This document shows positions 13,209 to 23,664 of a stretch of 64,000 nt of DNA, in pieces. The position numbers and the translations under genes were made by a program. Every line of letters starts with the position of its first letter. The first letter of the stretch is position 1. The DNA comes from Mytilus trossulus (lineage: Eukaryota). The DNA lies in the NCBI RefSeq assembly GCF_036588685.1, contig NC_086374.1, forward strand, positions 71,300,001 through 71,364,000. Direction: 5' to 3'. The notes beneath the pieces were generated by a model that saw only the letters and a program-made list of their open reading frames with translations, searched no databases and was not told where the DNA came from.

Positions 13209-14539
13209 TGTCACGATCCAGATGTATTTTATAGAGTTATTCACATATTTATTTAGTCGAGTTTGTATATAGATAACGATTGTGAAATTGTCGTCATGAT
13301 CAGAGAATTGCACTTGCAGTCTTTGCGCAGGACGCCTATTGTTCACGGTTTATTTTGTACATAGTTTTAACATACGCTTTTATGTATATATGTACGTTTG
13401 GCCTAAGTTTGGTTCACCTGTGTTTAAACGCACACTGATTAGGCTTGGCCTATTTACACACCTGTTGACTATTTTTAAATAGTGGTCAATCGAGTTCTTC
13501 GGACAAGTTTGGCTATTTTTAAACAGTGGTCAGATGATTTCTTTAGACACGTTGTCATTTCATTTCTGCTTGGGATTTTCGTGTGGAAGGATGCCACACT
13601 CGTTAGAGCATTACATATTTGTTAGCTATAATGGTTCTACTGTATATAGTGCATCAATTCCGAGGTAAGTGTTTTATTCTTACATATATTTATATATACT
13701 TTTCTGTATGTTACTTTGTTTATCAAATTTCCGAAACTTTCAGACTTCTGCAGATAATTTTCCATTATGTAAATTGTATAATTTAGAATATTTTGTAAGC
13801 GGATTTAAAGATATGAAAACAGTGTTTTATATTCAGATATTTGCGGTTTTACTAGTGAACAAGAACAAGATTGTTAATTACGGGTACAAATTGAATGTAC
13901 GTGATATTTATGTGTACAAGGTTCCGAATTTCCTTATGTACGTGAAACTATCATGCAAGGTTATGATATTTATTACAGTATGACACATTTTGCTACATAT
14001 AAAATGTATGTGTGTATTTATCTACGTAAATTAATACAATATATATATGTTCATTTTCACTGGAGTAAAGCTGATGACCGTAACTGCATTCACGGTCATC
14101 CCAAGATGTCGGATGAAAAATTAGGTCAGTATTTTTATTGCCTGTTAAGGTGTTTCTACATCATTTTCTTTACAAAGCATACTTTGATACGATGTAAATA
14201 TATAAAAGATTCACACGGAAGTCACAAATCTCTACCGAGGAACGTGTATAAAACGGGAATTTGGATTTGAAAAATTCGCGAGAATGACCGTAAATCGTAA
14301 TCGAGATGACCGTAACAGGATTAGCGATTCATAACAAGGCTGACCGTAATTGGTTAAAAGATGACCGTAAATTGTTAAGGATGACCGTAATTTCTAAAGA
14401 ATGACTAAATTTAAAAGGATGACCATCAATTGAAAGAAATATCTATATTTGTATGCATTGTTTTTTATTGAGTTTGTCGCAATAGGGGCTCGGTTAGTTC
14501 TTTTTAACTATTTGGCTTGTAGTTGGATGCTACATATGA

Positions 14540-17530
14540 CGAACCATGTATTTGAAGCATGTCTTATTTTTGTCTACCTTTAGGATAATGTTGTCTTTGT
14601 TAGACCTTTTTATAACAAATGATGCTCACATAATAAATTACTGTGGAGTCGGGCCACCTTTATTAGACCAAATACGTTTTCACTGTCCTATAATTAGTCT
14701 TTTGAACTTTACAAAATGTCGTCAAAAAACTTTTAAGTGGAAAATTTGGCTATGAGATCGAGGAGACTATGACAGATATCGTAACATTTTATCTGAAAAA
14801 AATTGGGATTCCGTAATTAACTTAAATAACGTTGTACAATTTACAACCGAAATAACAAAACTATCATAGAAGCTGCTGAAAATTGTATTCCAAATAAAAT
14901 AATAACTGTTCGCAAAAATGAACCTCCATGTCTAACAAATGATGTAAAAAAAAAAACAAGAAAAAAAATAGAATCCACAGAAAGGCTTTAAAATATAATA
15001 ACCCATCGGAGTGGTCAAAATTTAAGAAAATACGAAATGAAGTTACTAGTTTAATAAGAAAATCGAAAGATGATTATAAAAACAATTTAATTAAAAATAT
15101 CACGAACAGTAACCCGTCCATTACTAACTGGTGGAGACGGTTAAACAAATATCCGGATTAAAAAACGACGCAAGTGTACCCCCATTAATGGTTAAAGTCA
15201 TAAGAAACGAGTGACCGGTGAAAAATAATGTTCTTCCAATTCTTAAACCAATGCATACAAACATCAAAAACTTAGTCTTCTGTGCTCGAATTTATCATTT
15301 TTTTCGTGTAAATTTCGTATAATCGTCAATTTTTTTTTCAATCGGTCAGTGTTGTTGTGAAAATATGGCAGATAATTAAAGTTCGTGTTTTGAAGCCGAA
15401 GTTTATCGATTGTTACCTGTTTGTCAACAATTGACGAAAAATAAACAAAAAAGCATGGAAATTGAGCACGTGTTTAACATGTAAATTCAGATAATAGTTT
15501 ATTTTAAGGACATCCATGCGTATTGCGGTCACCGGATTTTTACGAGATGGGTCACACTGAGGTCACCTTGCATACGGAAAATATATCGGACTAATTGCTT
15601 GCTGGAAGGAAGCAATTCAAATAAAGTAAACCTCTTCTAAATATGAATAAATTAAAGAATTTTCTTCAGAAAAAAGTATACTACATAAGTTTTACAATGA
15701 AAACTATCCGTTGAGTTATAAAAAACATATGCATTATTTTTTTTTGATTTGAGGTTTCTTATGACTTTAATAACAACTTAACATATAATAAAATCGAAAA
15801 GGCAAATGAATTTAATCGATTTTTTTCTTCCCAGTCAAATATTGATGATTCAAGTGCTGTGTTACCTGAAGAACTTCATAATATTAGTGATGACATTAGT
15901 TATATAGAGCTTACTGTTACTGAAGTTGAAGATATATTGAAAATTCTTAATCCTACAAAAGTTTCTGGCCCAGACCTCATAAGTCCCAAATTTTTAAAAG
16001 AAGCATCTTCTGTTTTAAAGTATCCACTATGTAAACTATTTAACTTATCGTTCAGTACGTCTTCTTTTCCAGATCAATGGAAAAGAGCAAATGTTACCCC
16101 AGTTTATAAAAATAGTAAACCGATTGACGTTAAAAACTGTAGACTTATTTCCTTGTTGAGTGTAATATCAAAGTGTATGGAACGATGTGTATATAAACAT
16201 GTTTACAATCACTTTATGCGCAATAATATTTTAACGAAAAATCAGTCGAGCTTTACACGGGGGGATTCAGTAGTTAATCAATTAATTAACATTTCGAATG
16301 ATTTTGGGAAGGCTTTAGATAGCGGTAAAGAAATAAGGGTAGTATTCTGTGATATAAGTATTAAGCGTTTGATCGAGTCTGGCATAAGGGACTGCTATTT
16401 AAACTTCAACAAGCGGGCATAATGGGTTCTTTACTAAGGTGGTTTGAAAATTATCTTACAAATAGAGTCCAGCGGGTGGTTATTAACGGTTCAAGTTCCG
16501 AATGCTTACCTGTAAATGCAGGCGTCCAACAAGGATCCATTCTAGGCCCTCTCCTTTTTTGATATTTATAAACGATATTGTAGAAGACATTCCAGCTCAA
16601 ATTAAGCTATTCGCAGATGACACTTTATTATATATTATGGTTGACAATCCAACAGAAACAGCTAAAATTTTAAATGACGATCTAGATAAGATTTATAATT
16701 GGTAAAAAAAAAATGGCTTCTTAATTTTAATGTCAAAAAAATTGAAAGTATGATAATTTCAAAATAAATAAATAGACCCTTTCATTCTCCATTAAATATG
16801 AACACCCAAGAGCTACAAACAGTAAGTAAACACAAACATCTAGGTGTCTTTTTTTCTAACAACGGATCCTGGAACGACCATATTGAATATATAGTTTCTA
16901 AATCTTACAAAAGAATAAATATAATGAGAAAAATGAAAAATTTTCTTCATAGATTTTGACTTGAAAAAATTTCGCCCAATTCTTGAATATGCCTGATTCA
17001 GTAGGCAGTGGGCATGATCATAATACAAGACAGAGAAATAATGTTTCACAAGTCAACACACGGACCCGTTTATATTCTGAATATTTCATCCCTGCAACAA
17101 CAAAACTATGGGACACTCTTAACTTAAACATAAGAAAATACGAATCTTTATCATTATTCAAAAAACAAGTAAGTACCCAAAATAGTATGATCCCAGCGTA
17201 TTATTATATAGGACATCGTTTTGGTCAAATTTTTCATGCACGCTTAAGAATGGATTCAAGCTCAATGAATTCTCACCTTTTCCTTCGTTAACTAGTAGAC
17301 TCTCCAATTTGTCGTTGTGGTGATGTAAAAAAAAAATTCTCACTTCCTGTTATCTTGTCCTATATATTCTTATTTAAGAAAAGAACTATTGGATTCTGTT
17401 TCAGTTCTTCCTGTCCAAGTTAACACAAAAACTTTGCTTTTTGGATCAACGGTACTCTCAGATGAGTAAAAATTTTATTTAGTTTGGTGCAGAAATCTAT
17501 TATTAAAAGTTAACGTTTTAACCCTTGATG
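14540..17530 (+). pseudogene. Decayed CR1/L2-group LINE ORF2 (reverse transcriptase)
   Basis: SGPDLIS..FLKE, WKRANVTPVYK, RLISLLS..SKCME, FCDIS, GVQQGSILGP and KLFADD, with many frameshifts. Boundaries approximate. Confidence 0.88.
15196..15766. mobile_element. Kolobok-type MITE nested in the LINE
   Basis: TTAA|AGTCATAAGAAAC ... GTTTCTTATGACT|TTAA: TTAA TSD with RR...YY ends. Confidence 0.85.
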
Positions 17531-18513
17531 TTAATGCTTCATCACTATAGGAACCAAAGCATTTCACATTTTACATTACAATAATTCATGTTTATTTTTT
17601 ATTTTATTTTTCTCATTAAATTTTTTCTTCTTTTTCTTCTTTCACCTTTTTCATATTCATATATTTATTACAGAGCATGCCAGTATTTATATTTATGTAT
17701 TGTTCAATAAGTGTATTATTTTTGTAAAGGAGACAGATTTGTAAAAGCAAATAGCTTGTTTCTGAATCCTGAATATTATTTCCTTTGTATAATATCGTAT
17801 CATGATGAATTATCTGAATAAATATTGTTAAAACAAATGTTGTCTTATAAATACGTCTTTCATCAACACGATTAATAATTTGATACAAAAAAGGTAATAC
17901 AAATACGGATATTTCTTAGAAAGGACGGTTATACTATGAAAGGTACGGTCATCCTTTATAAATTACGGTCATCCTTTTACCAATCACGGTCATCCTTATT
18001 ATATGTTACGGTCATCTTTAAAATATTTTAAAGGTGATTTACGGTCATCTTGGCGAATTTTTCAAATCCAATTTCCCGTTCTATACACGTTCCTCGGTAG
18101 AGATTTGTGACTTCCATGTGAATCTTTTATAAATTTACATCGTACCAATGTATGCTTTGTAAAGAAAATGATGTAGAAACACCTTAACAGACAATAAAAA
18201 TACTGACCTAATTTTTCGTCCGACATCTTGGGATGACCGTGAATGCAGTTACGGTCATCAGCTTTACCCCAGTGATTTTATCAACGTGAGTTTATAGAGT
18301 TCATGTTTATGTTGCATGAACGTGCAAGTAAAAAGCATATCTAAATTGATAATCGTACTAAAGAGTTTGTACAATTATATTATTACCAGGTTCCAGCCTG
18401 CACCAGAGTAATACAATGCTGCGGTGTTAAGGAGTGGTCATACAGATTGAACGCAATCATACATGATAATTCATCAAACAACATATCTACATATTATAGT
18501 GGAACTGTCGTGC

Positions 18514-18599
18514 ACGATACCATAACCGTCATAACGATACCATAACCGTCATAACGATACCATAACCGTCATAACGATACCATAACCGTCATAACGATA
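18514..18599. repeat. 20-bp minisatellite (ACGATACCATAACCGTCATA) x4 inside the solo LTR
   Basis: Four perfect tandem copies read directly. Confidence 0.95.
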
Positions 18600-19241
18600 T
18601 AAAGGGAAGTAATCTGGATATACAATACAAACTACTGAAGCTGTTGGACTATTTATTTGGACTTTAATATTTATAATAATTTGATGTATTTTTCTTCTTA
18701 ATTGTTTATTTTTTTTGTTTGTTTATTAAATAATTTATTTATTCTAATCGTTGATTCTTTTGTCAATATTGTAAAATAGCACTGAAAGACTTCTCCATCC
18801 GTCCGTCTGTGACAGTAATAAATATGTTGTCAATCGAGAGTAAAATCGTATGTACTCTAAAACATCTTTGGTATTTTAAGTATCCACATCTGATTCACGC
18901 CACCTCTAGAATAGGCAGTTTCACAGTAACTTTGATTGCTGATACAATAAGTGTTAATTTTAACTTTAACATTCGACTATATAAATCTATATATAAACGT
19001 GTCTAAATTGAAAACTACGTTCAAACCTATGATTGCGTTGGATAAAAACCGCAATTTTTATACGTATGCATGTAAACAAATTTCGTTGTAGAAGGGTCTA
19101 AAAACAGCACAAACAACGTTTTCCAAAAGACCAAAAGGGTGAAAAGTATGTTAAAACAAAACGCATTTGACTAACAAGTCGAAAAATTGATGTTCTTTAA
19201 CCCTGCTGACTGCCATAAGTCTACTTATATATATATATATA

Positions 19242-19797
19242 CAACTCTTCTAAACATCAACCCAAAAGTACGTCCGAGTCAGTGACAACCCTACAACAGA
19301 TGTATCCATCGGATCGCCATCAATGATGGTGATACATGGCTGTGTACATAATGTATATACAACTCTTCTAAACATCAACCCAACAAAGTTAGATCTGTAA
19401 ATTTGCTTTCGCAAATTTTTGGTTCTTCCCTCGCCGGGATTCGAACCCATGCTACTGTGATATCATGACACCAAATCGCCTGCACTGTAGCCGTCCCGCT
19501 AGACCACACGACCACCTGGGCTCTCAAAAAAGAGCTTTCGCTGGCCATGTGTTACCTTTCCACGTCAGTTTTAATCTAGCGGCGTACTACAGTACATGAT
19601 ATATAAGGCATGAAGATATTATTGTTACAGATCAGCTAAACTATCTATAGTAAAGGATCCTACAAATTAATGTTAGATACAGTCACAGAAAATAAGTATA
19701 GTCATAAGTACGTCTGAGTCAGTGACAACCCTACAACAGATGTATCCATCGGATCGCCATCAATGATGGTGATACATGGCTGTGTACATAATGTATA
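19242..19797 (-). mobile_element. tRNA-containing 440-bp repeat unit in partial tandem, adjacent to (TA)n
   Basis: Minus strand carries Pol III A box TGGTCGTGTGG and B box GGTTCGAATCC. 19266-19357 is repeated at 19706-19797 (period 440). Same family as 51947-52365. Confidence 0.8.
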
Positions 19798-19999
19798 TGT
19801 TACAGAAAATAGGTGAAATTAGGAATTACATGTAATTACTAAAATTTAGGAATTACAGGTAATCCCCGATGCACTTAGTTAATACAAGTAATTCCTGAAA
19901 CATATATATCATTGACGGTGGCCAATAATAGATGGTTACAAACATTTGATTTTGTTGCGAAATTTTATTAATCTTATCTTATTGATTTTATTGTCAAAG

Positions 20000-20385
20000 C
20001 AACAATAACCCGACCATAGCGCAGACAACAGCCGAAGGCAACCAATGGGTCTTCTATGTAGCGAGAAACTTCAGCACCCGGAGACATCCTGCATCTGGCC
20101 CCTTGAAAAATATGTATACTAGTACGGTGATAATGAACATCATACTTAACTCCGAATTATATACAAGGAACTAAAACTAAAAATCCTACAAGACTAACAA
20201 AGGCCAGAGGCTCCTGACTTTGAACAGGCGCAAAATTGCGGCGGGGTTAAACATGTTGATGAGATCTCCCCTTCCCCTATACCTCTAGCCAATGTAAAAA
20301 AGTAAACGCACAACAATACGCACATTAAAATTCAGTTCTAGAGAAGTCCGAGTCCGATGTCAGAAGATGTAACAAAAGAAAATAG
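20000..20385 (-). repeat. Diverged relic of the Naiad 3' UTR
   Basis: Aligns by eye to the reverse complement of ~41975-42355 (e.g. AAGACTAACAAAGGCCAGAGGCTCCTGACTT, GAGAAGTCCGAGTC.GATGTCAGAAGATGTAAC). Confidence 0.85.
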
Positions 20386-20689
20386 ATAAAAAGAAGTTAA
20401 CTGAGCCTTTTCGAGCAAATTTGACATGGGGGTATAATTGTTCAATTGGTCAAGATCTATCAGCCCTCACATTTTTATACAAATCGAACAACCCATTGTT
20501 GGATTGCTGCCACTAAATGGAAATTTACCTTGAATACTACTGAAAATAAAGAAAAACTGTAAATAACAAAAATGTTCAGCAAAGTATGGTAAACAAAATA
20601 TTTATATGAAAAAAATTGTCCCCTTAAGGAGTTGTTGCCCAAAAAGGACAATTTTACACAAGTTGTTTGATTTTTTTTAAAATGAATCT

Positions 20690-21885
20690 AGTATAAATAA
20701 AGGCAACAGTAGTATACCGCTGTTCAAAACTCATAAATCCATGGACAAAAAACAAAATCGGGGCAACAAACCAAAACTGAGGGAAACGCATTAAATATAA
20801 GAGGAGAACAACGACACAACACCGAAACGCAACAGCACACAGAAACGGACCAAGCAACAGACAATACACCACGAGAATAACAAATATAACATCAAAACCA
20901 AATACATGAATATGGGATAGACAAGTACCGTGCCACGTCTTATCTCAAAAATAAGAGAAAACAGAAACGAACAATATTATAACAATGGCCATCTTCCTGA
21001 CTTGGTACAGGACACTTTTAAAGGGGAATAAAAGTGGTGGGTTAAACCTAGTTTTAAGGCATGCCAAACCTCGCACTTTAATGGCACAGTTAAATATAAC
21101 ATTGAAATGAAAACAAAAAAATTACAGGACTACAATACAAATAAAAAGCAGAACATATTAGACAAAGAAAAGCATGATTAATAGATAACAAAAAGCATCA
21201 GGTTTAAAATTCAATACGCCAAAAACGCGTCTAGTCCACACGAGACTCACCAGTGACGAAAAAAATACAAAATTGTACAGCACTGAAGATCAAAAGTTGA
21301 AAAGGTTTTGCCAAATACGGCATTGTTTGTATGCCCAGGATAAGAACATTCATATTATATAAAACAATTCACACTATTGCAAACAGTAAATTTTAACAAA
21401 TGAATATGAAAGAGATATACATAATGAAACTGAAGTAAAAACTAATTACAGAAAACTAAACCCGAATACATAACGCCCAGATATACAAGATCGAAAGTGA
21501 AAAAAAGTACAAAGTTGTACAGCACTGAAGATCAAAAGTTGAAAAGGTTTTGCTAAATACGGCATTGTATTATGCCCAGGATAAGAACACTATTATATAG
21601 AACGATTCATGCTATTGCAAACAGTAAATTTTAACAAATGAATGTGAAAGATATATTCATAATGAAACTAAAGTATTAACTTATTACAGAAAACTAAACC
21701 CGAATACATGATGCCAAGTTCAATACAGCATAGACACACCAGAATCAGTCCAGGCGTTAACGCAATTAAAAAAAATGACGTCACATACGATGGCGAAAAG
21801 GCAAACGTTATGCTACATTTGAATTTATAAAATTTAGAAACAGCATGACGTCACACATGAATCCTGGTACTTTTGATAACTATGA
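20690..21885 (-). repeat. Composite PLE/retrozyme-like repeat with a degenerate hammerhead and an internal ~240-bp tandem duplication
   Basis: Degenerate hammerhead at ~21215-21258. 21260-21480 is duplicated at 21500-21720. Confidence 0.55.
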
Positions 21886-23664
21886 AAAACTATAATTTAA
21901 AAGTGAGCTAGAATCAGGATTGCTTTAAGATTATATTAAAACTAAATACTGATAATTCACTAAAACAAAATGCATATTGCAATACTTATCAATAGCAATT
22001 AACTGTAATATATATATAAATCTTGTACTCCAAGAAACATGGACACTTTGGCTAAAATGGAACATTTGGGTTAAAAGCAAAAATAATCATTGAGGGTTAT
22101 TTATATAGGTTCACCTAAATAAATTGGTTTTATACACACAAAACTATTTTTCACGTGCACCTTATGGTGCCTCATGCATGAAGAGTGAAGTCATATAGCA
22201 CGTCACCTATGCCATTATTAATTTGCAATGGAGTAGTGTGGTCGATTCTTTATAGACTAAACTCAATATCATTTTATTTTCATTCATGATTAACTTTATA
22301 CGCAAAATTCATATTTACTGGACTATCAATATCTTTCAACAATGAGAAGTCGAAAGCGGCCAGCGCGGCATGATCCAAAAGCCCCAATGCATTGGACCAA
22401 AGAACAGTATGTTACCCATTTGAAAAGTAGGGGGATTACAGTAAAATCTACTTGGAGATTAGACATGATTCGACAACTGTATTTTGTCAATCATAAGGAC
22501 GTTGCAAGTTCAACAGAAAGTGGTCAAAATGGTTCTACGGAATCAAGTAATATTGATGAAGTGACAGTTGCTGCCGATGACCAACCTAACATGGACACTG
22601 ACCAACCAGTAAATGAAAACAATACAATGTCACGTACAGCAGACATGCTAAAGGATTCTACTTCCGCGTTAAAGTCGGCAAATGAAGCTATGTCGGCTAT
22701 GTCATCTATGGTTGTAGGACGTCTAGCCAATAAAGATGCTTCATCAAACAGTAGTCTGCAGAATCTAAAGTCAAACTTTGACTTTGCTTCGGCATATCAA
22801 GCAACCTACGGACACGTTAGCCCAATCTCTTCTGTAAATACTGTACAAACCTTCCAAAGACAAGTTGACACTTCGAAAGGGATTGTATTTGCAGAGGACT
22901 TACCAAAACTGGACTACGTGTCTACTTCTTTAAAAAAGCAAATTCTAGAAGGTAAGGATATAAAAACCTTTCTCTTTTACTGTATCCAAAAAAAGGGGTT
23001 TCCCAAACACGCACTGTCTTTTCTGAAGGGCTAACGGTAGTTATCTGCTCCTAAGGATACTCGTCTAGAGAAAACATTGACCCTTGATGAGTTCAATAAG
23101 GCCTTCATGAAGTTCAGGAATATAATCTGTAAAGTATATCCTCAACGGCGAGATGAATTAGATCAATACCAGGCCGATATAAATGACATAGCCTATAACT
23201 GCGGACAAAGATTTTACAAATACCACAAATTGTTTTCGGCTGAGGCCACCACTGCTATCATTGAACATAATATTGCAATTAATTGGGGAAAGGAAGACGA
23301 CCGTCTATTATATCTAGTTATGAATGAGTTACAAAGTAGAGAATGTGAACTATGTGGAGATTACGACCACGCAACGAAATTCTGCCAAAAACAAGTTTAT
23401 CAAGAAACTCCTCCATGCGCCCCACAAGCTGTAGATAAATCAAAAGATAGGCATGGGAGAAATATCATTCAAGTAGAGGGTCATGACCTTTGTAGTAATT
23501 TCAAGACATTTAGAATCAAAACAATTAATTTAGTAAAACTATCATGCTGAAGAAAAACAGTCAAAGTGTGAATAGAAATTTGTACCATACCATCATACCA
23601 TACCATGGTTCCATTCATGCATATCGGTAAAGAGCAATGCTCGCTGTCAAACGTTAAAATAGAT

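Larger units (their letters stand above)
14058..18274. mobile_element. Non-autonomous DNA transposon with CACTGG termini, long TIRs and 5-bp TSD (Transib-like or CACTA-like)
   Basis: 14058-~14290 is the near-perfect reverse complement of ~18040-18274. Subterminal GATGACCGTAA repeats on both sides. ATTTT flanks both ends (14053-14057, 18275-18279). Confidence 0.88.
13209..18814. mobile_element. Solo LTR (~1.39 kb once the nested insertion 14058-18279 is removed)
   Basis: Termini TGTCAC...GTGACA with a perfect 5-bp TSD GTAAT (13204-13208 and 18815-18819). Splits the PLE RT cleanly. Confidence 0.85.

Noticed and set aside
18514-18599. CRISPR-like array (also considered for 880-1330 and 25650-26140)
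   Set aside because: Contiguous tandem repeats without unique spacers, eukaryotic context, no cas genes.
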